NCBI GenBank assembly: GCA_044224875.1
Contig: JBGAJQ010000049.1
Coordinates: 1-39,564 of the forward strand
Length of the DNA: 39,564 bases
Reading direction: 5' to 3'
Source: Gemmatimonadaceae bacterium
Lineage (GTDB): Bacteria > Gemmatimonadota > Gemmatimonadetes > Gemmatimonadales > Gemmatimonadaceae
Shown: piece by piece, positions 1 to 9,400 of the stretch
How positions within the stretch are numbered: the stretch's first letter is position 1
Layout of the letters: each line of letters opens with the position of its first letter
Position numbers and translations under genes: made by a program
The notes under the pieces: model-generated
What the model was told of the DNA's origin: nothing
Database searches by the model: none
Seen by the model: only the letters and a program-made list of their open reading frames with translations

Positions 1-1
1 G

Positions 2-448
2 CATCGCTACATGACGTCGGCGCCGAGCTGTTGGGCGGCCTACGGCGAGTTGTGCGCGCATCTGCTCTCCGATCCGGCGGCCGCCGGCTATCGGCAGCTG
101 TGCGCCGACACATACGCCGTCCAGCATCCTGGCCAGCCCGGTCCACAGGCGACTCAATCGGTGGGCGGACATCTCGTGAGCCTGCATGCGCAGCTCGACC
201 TCGGCTTGCCTGTTTCGCGATCGTCTGTTCTCCTCGAGGCAGGCATCCGAATGAAGGGCTACTTCTCGTGGCTCACTCCGCCATCCTTTGAAGGGGGAAG
301 GAGCGTTCGATTCATGTTGGACCACCTGCAGCGTGCGGAACCAGCGGCGCGGGAGTGGGCGTTGAGTGCGTGGAATGCCTGGCGGGAGCATCACCCGCAG
401 GTGCGCACCTGGTTCGAGGATCTCACCAAACGCGTGGACCGCGCCTAA
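2..448 (+). CDS. DUF5946-like hypothetical protein, 5'-partial
   Basis: Frame is open from the window edge (HRY-MTSAPSCWAAYGEL...QLCADTYAVQHPG...SVGGHLVSL), a pattern I recall from DUF5946. The true start is probably upstream of position 1. Confidence 0.7.
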   Translation, partial: HRYMTSAPSCWAAYGELCAHLLSDPAAAGYRQLCADTYAVQHPGQPGPQATQSVGGHLVSLHAQLDLGLPVSRSSVLLEAGIRMKGYFSWLTPPSFEGGRSVRFMLDHLQRAEPAAREWALSAWNAWREHHPQVRTWFEDLTKRVDRA

Positions 449-547
449 CGCGCGCGAGCATCCGATCAGGTGAGCGTGCAGACGCTCTCGGAGACGATGG
501 CCAAGCGGCCCGCCAGCTGTTTACACTGACGGGCCAGATCATGGCGA

Positions 548-1219
548 CTACTTGCCCAACGCCAGCGGGGTGACCGTGAGGTCGAGGTTGTGGCTGACGC
601 GATAACCGAACTTGCCATTCAGCGAGGCGAGTTTGCCCTCGCCAACAAGGTCAGCCGACGTCAACGTCTTCACATCTTGCCCGTTTACCACGCACGTGGC
701 ACTGCCGCCCTTCACACGCCAGCCGACCTCGTTGGTGGCGTCGCCCTGTGCATCCGCCTTCTTGATGGCCGCATGTTCGACCATCTCGGCGACGGTGGTC
801 ACCTTCCAGCCGTTGAAGTATTTGATGGAGTATTTGCCGGTCCCGTACACGATGCAATACGCGAACGTTTGCTTCGTCTCGTCATCCATGTTGTTCCCGC
901 CGATGAAGACGCCATACGAGTGCGGGTGCTGCACCTTCATGGCCCGCTCGGTATAGGACGCCTTCACGGTGTAATCGCCGCTCGCCGCGTTGGCGTCGCT
1001 CCAGTAAATGGCCGCCGGCCCGACCTTCAACACGAAGTTGTTCCCGTCCTTGTCGAACTTGGAGTCCTTCACCGACTTTCCCTGTTTCGCGGGACGCTCG
1101 TCGACACGGCCCTTCCAACCCGCGACGTTGATGCCCCCTCCCGCGACAGATCGGTCGGCATCCTGGGCACTGACAGTGGTGGCGAAAAGAAGCGTGGCGG
1201 CGGCGGCAAGACGGCGCAT
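548..1219 (-). CDS. Secreted hypothetical protein, beta-rich (possibly concanavalin A-like/DUF1080-like)
   Basis: 223 aa. Sec signal MRRLAAAATLLFATTVSA-Q, GGAG upstream of the ATG, protein-like composition with PHSYGVFIGG motif. Confidence 0.8.
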   Translation of the reverse strand: MRRLAAAATLLFATTVSAQDADRSVAGGGINVAGWKGRVDERPAKQGKSVKDSKFDKDGNNFVLKVGPAAIYWSDANAASGDYTVKASYTERAMKVQHPHSYGVFIGGNNMDDETKQTFAYCIVYGTGKYSIKYFNGWKVTTVAEMVEHAAIKKADAQGDATNEVGWRVKGGSATCVVNGQDVKTLTSADLVGEGKLASLNGKFGYRVSHNLDLTVTPLALGK

Positions 1220-1297
1220 GAGTTGATCTCCGACAGCTGGGTGAGGAAGACCAAGATAGCGCGCGTACTCTCAAGAGTCAGCCTGCCGCAGGGCAGC

Positions 1298-1888
1298 TCA
1301 CACGCGCTGCCAGTGCATGATCCAGCTGTCCTTCCAGCTCTTTCCACCGTCGCGCGACGCTCCCTGCCTCCATCGGCAGGAAGTCTTGGTGATCTGGTCC
1401 CAGACGCCGCGATACAGCACCGGTCCGCCAGCATCTGTGTCTTCCGAAATGAAGGTCCCGGCGCCGTTTTCGAATCCACCGGTTGTTCCCGGCGTCGTGA
1501 TCACCCCGCTCGCCTTGTTGACCCAGAAGTCGGACCACACGCGCTCCTTCACATCCAGCAGGCGCAACCCCAGACCGCCGAAGTTACGCTCCGGCATTCG
1601 CAGGTCCTCGACGCTGCCCACACCACCCATGATCGTCCAACACGTCGCCTCACCTTTGAACTCGATCCACTCCGTTCCGTCTGGTGTCTTCAGCATGCGA
1701 TTCGCAATACGCCACTCGCCGGCAAGAAAGTCGAACTCCCCCGGCTTGCCGGGTGGGATCGAGCGAGTTGTCGAGTGTCGCGACGTATGCGGGTTGAGTG
1801 AAGTGGCGGCGGTCAGCAGCGGGGCCAAGGCGATCGTTGCGGTTGCCGTCAGCATGTCGCGTCGGCCGAGTCGATTTCGTGTGGTCAT
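1298..1888 (-). CDS. DUF1579-like beta-barrel protein with Tat signal
   Basis: Start moved to ATG 1888 (MTTRNRLGRRDMLTATATIAL, twin-arginine). Core motifs FDFLAGEWRIANR and WRQGASRDGGKSWKDSWIM. Confidence 0.75.
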   Translation of the reverse strand: MTTRNRLGRRDMLTATATIALAPLLTAATSLNPHTSRHSTTRSIPPGKPGEFDFLAGEWRIANRMLKTPDGTEWIEFKGEATCWTIMGGVGSVEDLRMPERNFGGLGLRLLDVKERVWSDFWVNKASGVITTPGTTGGFENGAGTFISEDTDAGGPVLYRGVWDQITKTSCRWRQGASRDGGKSWKDSWIMHWQRV

Positions 1889-2038
1889 CGTCGCGTGTGA
1901 GAGGACGAGGACCATACGAAGTGGCTCGCGTGCCGCATAGGGCCACTCCGCGCGAGCGCGTGGGGCCATTTGCTCGGAACTTCTACGCCAAGCTGTTGCC
2001 TTCGATCTCCTCGCGCCCTGAAAAGGCCCTCGAGCAGG

Positions 2039-4621
2039 TCACCTCAGGCCAACCAATCGCGCGAACACCTCGTTCTCGCGCAGCGATGCGAAATGTGGGT
2101 CCACACGCAACCATCCCGGCGTGACGAAACCCGGCACGCGTGAGAGCGAGTCCAGAAGCGACACGGCTCCGTCGGCGCGTCCGCACACCGCCAGGATCTC
2201 GGCGCGATTGAGTGAAATGCCCGCGCCAAAGAATCCATCGTGCCATGCCGACCGCGTCCGGTGCGCCGTGTCCGACTGCGCGACTGCCTCATCGCAGCGA
2301 CCACCTAACGCCATCGCGTACGCCATCGTCATGCGCAGTCGTTCCTCCTGCGGGAGGGTCCGCAGCCTGGCGATTCCCTCCCTCGACGCAGAATCTGCGA
2401 GCAGCGCCGCGAGACGCTCGTTCTTCGAGCGCCACGCCACACGCGTGCGTACCGTCAGATCCAACACTCGTTCACCGATCTGCCGAAACTGCGCGAGCCC
2501 CGCCTGGACGGAGGCGCTATCCAGCGCCCAACCCTGCAGCCAGTCGCGATCGGCGGTGAACGCCAGGTCGCCGCGTGCCTCATCGTCCGGCAGTGACCTC
2601 GCGAAAGCGTGTACCGCGGCAAGGTTTCCGTCCATCAGTGGTAGCCAGACCGAGTCCATGTTGATGTAGCCGGTTCGTCGACGAGACGCGGCGATGGCGC
2701 GTCCGGCCGTAACTCGTGCTGTGATGAGGTCACCGGTCCATTGTTGCAGGTTCTCGAGACGCGCCAGCGCACTGGCGTTGCGCGGATCGAGTTCCACGGC
2801 CCGTGTGGCCGTCGAGAGCGCTTCGTCGAATCGTCGCGCGTTGAACAATGCAGCGGCCGCAAAATGCATCGCTTCCGCGTCACCAGGCGCCAACCGCACG
2901 CAGTCCTGGGCGCGCTGTGCTGAGGCCGCGAAGTCGCGAACCACATGCCGCTGGTACATCATCGCGCCGAAACAAACGGCGCGGTTCATCGAATCCAGCG
3001 CGAGCCCCCGGGTGGCAGCTCGGCGCGCGAGCGCTGCCGTGGCAGCTGTCGGCACGCCACGATAGGCGAAGGTCGCAGCGGTCGCCAACTGACCCCACGC
3101 CCCGGCGAAGTTCGAGTCGAGGGCTACTGCTTGCTCGAGATATTCGCGCGCCTCGGCGTCGGGCGCTGTCCTCGATTTCAGGTACGCCTCAAACGCTGCT
3201 CGAACGGTGGTCGGTGCACGACTCAAGCGCGTAACAGCCTCGGCACTCATGGGTACGCCGAGTGACTGCGCGATCTGGGCGGAGACGCGTGCCTGCGACC
3301 GAAACAACTCATCGATGGACTCATCGATTGGTGCACCTCGCTCGGCGTCCTCGCCACCGGCGCGCAGGTCAATCAGTTCGGGGACGATACGTACGCGCAG
3401 TGACGTGCCGCCAGCGCGTTGCCACTGGACTTCGCCTGACAGGACGTGGGTGGCGCCGAGCTGCTGGGCAACGTACCGGGGGACACGGGCAGAGTCTCCC
3501 AGCGCTTCGAGACTCGTACCGGCGATCACGTCCACGGACGGTAGGGTCGCCAGGTCTCCACGGAGTGTCGCCGTCAGCCCCGACACGAAGCCCGGCGACG
3601 TCGTGTCTCCTGATTCACGGAACGGTATGACCGCTACGCGCACCCCAGGCGAAACCGTGCGCGTCGCGCCGCGCGTGCGGATCGCCCACGTGGCGCCTAC
3701 GGCGAGCAGCCCAACGACGGCGGCCACGGCATACCGGCGCCCCCGTCGGGTCGCTGGCATCGCAGGTGCAACCGGAGTCGAGCTGACTGACCCCAACGCC
3801 TCGGCAAAGCCTGAGGCGGTGGCGAATCGATCAGATGGCTCGGCTGCCAGTGCTCGCTGAACGGCCCGACTGATGGTTGGGTCAACGCCACGCCGCACTT
3901 GGGTGAGGGCCGGCGGTTGTTCGGTCAGGGCGCGAGCCAGGATGGCCTGCACGGACGGACCCGTGAAGGGAGGCTCGCCGGCGAGCATCTCGTGCACTAC
4001 GGCGCCTAACGCATATATGTCCGCGCGTCCATCGATCGTCGGCTCACCGGCCGCTTGTTCGGGGCTCATGTATCCCGGCGTCCCAAGCGCGATGCCAGTG
4101 GCGGTGAGTCGCTGCGCGGTATCCGGATCAACGGTCAGAGCTCGCGCGATGCCAAAGTCCGCAACCAGGGCGTGGCCATCCGACAGCAGAATGTTCGCCG
4201 GCTTCACGTCGCGGTGCACGACACCGTGTCGATGCGCGAAATCGAGTGCGCTCGCGATTTCCCGCGCGATGCCGATCGCAACATCCACTCCGAGCCGGCG
4301 TTCACGGGCAATGCGAGCTTGTAGCGTCTCTCCCTCCACAAACGGCATGACGTAATAGGGGAGCCCGTTCACCTCACCGGAGTCAAACAGAGGGAGGATG
4401 TGTGGATGCTGCAGACCAGCCATCACGCGCACTTCCATCAGGAAGCGGTCCACGCTGAGGAGGCCAGCGACCTGCGGATCCAGAACCTTGATCGCGACGC
4501 GTCGGTGATGCCGGAGGTCCATGGCCTCAACCACGGTCGCCATGCCCCCGCGTCCGACCACTCGGTCAACGCGATATCGGTCGGTGAGCCCGTTGGCCAG
4601 GGTAGAGAGCAACTCGGACAT
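2039..4621 (-). CDS. Membrane Ser/Thr protein kinase with TolB-N-like and TPR sensor region
   Basis: Hanks motifs GRGGMATV, VAIKVL, HRDVKPANIL, DFG, GTPGYMSPEQ. TM helix YAVAAVVGLLAVGATWAI, then VAVIPF module and TPR-like helices. Start at MSELL (4621). Confidence 0.92.
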   Translation of the reverse strand: MSELLSTLANGLTDRYRVDRVVGRGGMATVVEAMDLRHHRRVAIKVLDPQVAGLLSVDRFLMEVRVMAGLQHPHILPLFDSGEVNGLPYYVMPFVEGETLQARIARERRLGVDVAIGIAREIASALDFAHRHGVVHRDVKPANILLSDGHALVADFGIARALTVDPDTAQRLTATGIALGTPGYMSPEQAAGEPTIDGRADIYALGAVVHEMLAGEPPFTGPSVQAILARALTEQPPALTQVRRGVDPTISRAVQRALAAEPSDRFATASGFAEALGSVSSTPVAPAMPATRRGRRYAVAAVVGLLAVGATWAIRTRGATRTVSPGVRVAVIPFRESGDTTSPGFVSGLTATLRGDLATLPSVDVIAGTSLEALGDSARVPRYVAQQLGATHVLSGEVQWQRAGGTSLRVRIVPELIDLRAGGEDAERGAPIDESIDELFRSQARVSAQIAQSLGVPMSAEAVTRLSRAPTTVRAAFEAYLKSRTAPDAEAREYLEQAVALDSNFAGAWGQLATAATFAYRGVPTAATAALARRAATRGLALDSMNRAVCFGAMMYQRHVVRDFAASAQRAQDCVRLAPGDAEAMHFAAAALFNARRFDEALSTATRAVELDPRNASALARLENLQQWTGDLITARVTAGRAIAASRRRTGYINMDSVWLPLMDGNLAAVHAFARSLPDDEARGDLAFTADRDWLQGWALDSASVQAGLAQFRQIGERVLDLTVRTRVAWRSKNERLAALLADSASREGIARLRTLPQEERLRMTMAYAMALGGRCDEAVAQSDTAHRTRSAWHDGFFGAGISLNRAEILAVCGRADGAVSLLDSLSRVPGFVTPGWLRVDPHFASLRENEVFARLVGLR

Positions 4622-4699
4622 GGTCGAATCTTGTCCCTCGGTGCGCGAGCCGTCTACCACCCGAGCGGGCGCTCTTCGCGGCTGCCTCCCGGACCGTCG

Positions 4700-6454
4700 T
4701 CACCGGCGATGCAGGAACGCCCCGGGCAGGCTTCCGGTCATCGTGCCGCCGTCCAGCACGAACGTACCGTTCACCAGAACGTGTGTGACGCCTTCCGCAT
4801 AGTGGTGCGGGTCTGTGTAGGTCGAGGCATCGCGAATGCGGTTGGGGTCGAACACCACGATGTCTGCCACCTTGCCCGGCGCGACGGTTCCCCGATCCGT
4901 CGCACCGATCCACGCCGCCGACAACGCGGACATCCGATGCACGGCATCCTCGAGCGTGAGCACCTGCTGCTCCCGCACGTACTGTTGTAGCACACGCGGA
5001 AACGACCCGTAGCTGCGCGGATGCGGATGTCCGACGCCGGGTGTCACCAGGTCGCCGTCGGTCTCGATCATCGTCGATGGGTGCTGGAGGAAGCGAGCGA
5101 CGTCGCGCTCGTCCATCCCGTGGAAGATCCCGATGAACCCGCCCTTCAGCTGCAACGCAATGAGTGCGTCCACGGCCGCCGGCACGGTGAGTGGCTGGCC
5201 ATGCCGTCGCAGGTAGTCCGCCAGCGACTGCCCCGCGAGCGTGGAGTCACTGGGCACCTCGCGAAACTGGATACTTTCCGGTCCAGGACCCGTTTGTCGC
5301 ACAAAGAGCTCACGCATCTCGCGAACCAGGCGAGCTTTCGTCGGCGCATCGGCGACGCGCCGTGCAAATGCCTCTGGCCCGTCGGCCAGCGCCCAGGCTG
5401 GGAACATCAGGTCGGAATACGTGCTGTAGGCCGTATACGGATACACATCGACCGCCACCTGCTGCCCGCCGGCGCGCGCCGAACCGATCAGGGCCAGCAT
5501 CCGCTCGCTCCAGCCCCACTGCGCCGCCCCGGTCACCTTGAGGTGATTGATCTGTACGGGAATACTTGCACGACGACCAATCTCCAGCGCCTGACGAATC
5601 GACACCAGCACATCGGATCCCTCATCGCGCATGTGCGTCACGTAGATGCCACGATGCTTTGCTGCCACCTCAGCGAGGGCGACGAGTTCATCGGTGGTGG
5701 CGTACGTTGCCGGCACGTACTCCAAGCCTGTCGAAAGGCCCAGGGCCCCGTCCTGCATCGCCGAGTCAACGAGTGCGCGCATCCAGGCCAACTCGGGGGA
5801 TGTTGGCGCACGGTTCGCCAGCCCCATCACGCGCTTGCGAATCCAGGTATGGCCGGCAAAGAGTCCAACGTTTGGCGCCATGTGTACGCTGTCGCGGTAG
5901 GCTCCCAGCGGAAAGGGCTGATCCTGGGAGTGCAGTGACGCCATGATCGTGGTGATTCCCTGCCTAACGAAGTTCTCGGCGCGCGCGTGTTGTGCGAGGG
6001 TCACCAGGTGCGCGTGGTTGTCCCAGAACCCGGGTGCGACCACCAGCCCACGAACGTCGAGGACGCGACGCGCACCGCGCGTCGACAGGTGAGGTGACAC
6101 CGCGACGACTTGGTTCCCCCGAAGGCCGACGTCTGCAACACGACGCGGAGATCCCGTGCCATCTACCAGCGTTCCGCCGGCCAGCACCACGTCGTACCCG
6201 GCGACACGACCGCACGCCGCAACCGAACCGAGGGCGGTTGCTCCCGCCACGCACGCCCCCAGGGTGATCACCCGCCATGTGCGTGCGCTGACCAGCAGTG
6301 CCGTTGCCGAACTGCGGGTGAACCGTGCCGCCCCGCATACGATCGAGGTGAGTGCCCCGGTCACGCCACCGCGAGCGGTGCGGGTACCGGTTGATGCACG
6401 CAGCCGCTTCGTGGTCCACCACAGAGCGGCGGAGGCGATACCCGTCGCTCTCAT
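4700..6454 (-). CDS. N-acyl-D-amino-acid deacylase (D-aminoacylase)-like amidohydrolase, probably exported/lipoprotein
   Basis: Motifs GTLVDGTG, PGFWDNHAH, THMRDE, NHLK, ETDG, HPHPRSYGSFPRVL, GKVADIVVFD. ATGA overlap with the upstream gene; VAAC lipobox-like site. Start could be further downstream. Confidence 0.88.
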   Translation of the reverse strand: MRATGIASAALWWTTKRLRASTGTRTARGGVTGALTSIVCGAARFTRSSATALLVSARTWRVITLGACVAGATALGSVAACGRVAGYDVVLAGGTLVDGTGSPRRVADVGLRGNQVVAVSPHLSTRGARRVLDVRGLVVAPGFWDNHAHLVTLAQHARAENFVRQGITTIMASLHSQDQPFPLGAYRDSVHMAPNVGLFAGHTWIRKRVMGLANRAPTSPELAWMRALVDSAMQDGALGLSTGLEYVPATYATTDELVALAEVAAKHRGIYVTHMRDEGSDVLVSIRQALEIGRRASIPVQINHLKVTGAAQWGWSERMLALIGSARAGGQQVAVDVYPYTAYSTYSDLMFPAWALADGPEAFARRVADAPTKARLVREMRELFVRQTGPGPESIQFREVPSDSTLAGQSLADYLRRHGQPLTVPAAVDALIALQLKGGFIGIFHGMDERDVARFLQHPSTMIETDGDLVTPGVGHPHPRSYGSFPRVLQQYVREQQVLTLEDAVHRMSALSAAWIGATDRGTVAPGKVADIVVFDPNRIRDASTYTDPHHYAEGVTHVLVNGTFVLDGGTMTGSLPGAFLHRR

Positions 6455-9400
6455 GACGTCGCGGGCACGATCCGCAACCCCGTCAGGCCCCGACCAGGAC
6501 CTAACGACACAACCACCCGGAATCGCTCGGCGCCGAACCAGGCGAAGTACTGCAGCTCTACATCGTCGCCGACGTCTCGACGGGCCAACAACTCGAGCCG
6601 CGTTGGCTCTCCCTTGTCCTTGATGGCGGCGGTGAGCACGGCCCGCATGCGCGGAAAGATGGTCTGGCGCACGACGGCAAAGTCCGACAGCTCGAGCTTG
6701 CCCGCGGCGACCTTGGCCAGCAGCCCGCGCAGATACGCCGTGGCGGCTGGATCAGGATCGACGATCGGCGTCGAGGGTGGTGGTGTCGGGGCAAACGCCG
6801 GGTTGAACTGTCCCGCGACCTCGAGCGCCAGTTGGGCGGGCGCCGGCGCCCGCGCATTGGAGAGGACAATCACCGCCAGGTCTTCACCGGCAAACCGCGT
6901 GTACTGCGTCACGAACCCCTGCCACACGCCGCCGTGTTCCTGCACAACTTGCCCGCCAGCCTCACCGATGAACCATCCGAAGCCGTACGGATAGGTGCGT
7001 CCGCTGTTGAGCGATGTCGGCGACATCATCAGCTCCCAGCTCTCCGGCTTGAGCACCAGGTGCCGGCGGACAACCTCGTTCCAGGCGATCAAGTCGCGCA
7101 ACGAGAGCATCATGGACCCGTCGGCCGTGGTGTTGAGTTGTGGTGCCACCCAGGTAGCGTGTTGCCACCCATTCGCCGTCGGCACGTACCCATGCGCGCG
7201 ATTCGGAACGACGTCGGCCTCGGTGATCACACGAATGGTGGGCATGCCCGCAGGGTCGAAGATCCGCTTGCGCAGGAACTCGTAGTAGGGTTGGCCCGTC
7301 ACACGCGTGATCACGATGCCTAACAACACATAGCCGGTGTTGGAATAGTTCCATCGCGCACCAGCCGGAAATTCGAGAGGAAGCGTGGCGGACATGCTGA
7401 TCAGATCCGCGTCGGTGTAGTCCTTGCGATAGTCGAAGCCTTCGCTCGTGTAATCGGGAATGCCCGAACGGTGACTCAACAGGTGCCGAATCGTGATCGG
7501 CTCCCAAGGCGCCGGAGCCTCGGGGAGATAGCGTCGCACGGACGCGTCGAGCGCGATCTTGCCATCCTCCACGAGCGCCATGACGCCGGCAGCAGTGAAC
7601 TGCTTGCCGAGTGACCCTGACAGGAACATCGTCTCATCGGTGACCGGCGTTCGGTTCTCCAACTCGGCGACGCCGTAGCCCTTCTTCAGTAGCACTTCTC
7701 CCCGTCGCACCACCGCCAGCGCCAACCCTGGGATGCGCGACTCCGTCATGGTGCGCCGCACGAGCGCGTCAATGTTGCCAAGGACGGGTCGCTGGTCGCG
7801 CCTGAGTGACCATGGGAGCTGGAGTGGGGCCGCCTCGGGCCAGAGCTTGTCCAGCGTACCGCCGCGGTAGAGCGCACCGCCCTTCATGACAACCGCGACA
7901 GACCGGGTGGCACGGACGTCCTGCAGCGGATTGGCATCGAGTACGAGCAGGTCCGCGACCTTCCCCACCTCGATGGTGCCGAGTTCACGATCCAGGCCTA
8001 ACGCGCGCGCTCCGTTAATGGTGGCGACCCGCAAGACCTCATCAGGCCGCATGCCCCCGGCGGCAAGCAACTCCATCTCCCAATGATTGGAAACTCCCTG
8101 CAGCTCCCCGTGTCCGCCGAGCCCGATGTTGCCGCCGGCGCGCAGCACATTCGCCGCACTCGCCGCAGCGTCGCCATCGTTGTAGTCCTCGGGCGGGAAC
8201 CACAGCAGCCGCGTGGACGTCCGTTGATACAGCGCTCCATCGGGGAACCAGCGATTGATGCGCTCGTCCTCGTGCGCACGTTCCTCGGCAAGAAGTCGAT
8301 ACACCGGGAGCGCCCCGCCAAAGCTTACCACAAGTGTGGGTGTATTGGTGATGCCCGAACGCGCCAGCAGTTGAACCACGTCGTCGTGGAGCGGCGTGTC
8401 AGGCATGCTGTGCTCCAGACCGGCGAATCCATCCATGACGTGCGTGAGGTCTTCCTTGGTGTCCGCTCCTCCTTCCGTGGTGGGCGTGATGCCGAGCTCT
8501 CGCGAAGCCTCCGCCACCCACTGACGCTGCTGTCGAGTGCCCACGACGTACGACTTGAGATACGCGGTGCGGTACTCATCGCGATAGCGCGCGAGTGCCT
8601 GACGAGTCTGATCGAAGGACTGAAAGTTCGTCGTGCTGAACACACCCGGGCCCGTGGAGAACAGGCGAGGGCTCGGTGTCTGGTCGACCTCGATGATGTC
8701 CGCGAGCCCGAAGATGTCGCTCGTGTTCTGCGGATCGCGCACGGTCGTGACGCCGAAGGCCAGGTTCGCGAAGGCGTTCGTTCCTTCGGGTTGCAGCAGT
8801 TCTCCGCTCGGACCCCAGTGCGCGTGCAGGTCAATGAGTCCGGGCATGACGTACTTGCCTCGCACGTCAAACACGCGCGCTCCCGCGGGAACGGAAAAGC
8901 TCCCGCGCGTTCCCACTCCAACGATTCGTCCGTTGGTCACCACCAGATCGGCGTCGGCGATGACCTCGGGCCCACGCATGGTGATCATCGTCGCTCCCCG
9001 CAGCACCACGCTGCCAGTGGCGATAGCGCTCGGCAGCGCAACGCGGAGGGACTGCTCGTCGATCGCTGACGCGTCGGCGACTCGCGTGCGACGTAGCATT
9101 GAGCCGTTGACCCACAGCAGGTCGCGCCCCGCCGCATCCCACGTCCAATCGTTAGGATCGCTGTCGGTCATGGTTGTGCCCTGCGCCAGGTCCATTGCGC
9201 GCGGGGCCGGCACCGAGAGCGTGAGCGGCAAGCGCAGGAGACGCACGCCCGTTCGCACGGCTACCTGGTCACCCGCAGGACTCGCGCGCCAGTCGGCCCC
9301 GCCGCGTGCGCCAGCGGCATCCGTCAGGCGCACCTCCTCGCGCACGTCCCCGCGTTCGAGCCCGATCGAGACCAGCCCGTTCGGCGACGAGAGCCAGGTG

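Noticed and set aside
443..480. attC-like GCCTAAC at a stop codon (also GTTAGGC at 36128, GTCTAAC at 36846, CCTAAC at the window end)
   Set aside because: No matching GTTRRRY with correct L/R box spacing and no integrase in the window. IntegronFinder could test for degenerate sites.
590..1801. Long antisense or alternative-frame ORFs (also 13909-15018, 23011-24156, 31084-32313, 37397-38611)
   Set aside because: They overlap well-supported genes and give Arg/Ala/His-rich, motif-free translations typical of GC-rich shadow frames.
6800..7780. Beta-lactamase domain read as an antibiotic-resistance gene
   Set aside because: The HGG triad and fusion context fit the broad S12 peptidase/esterase group, not AmpC (KTG). 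No activity evidence.
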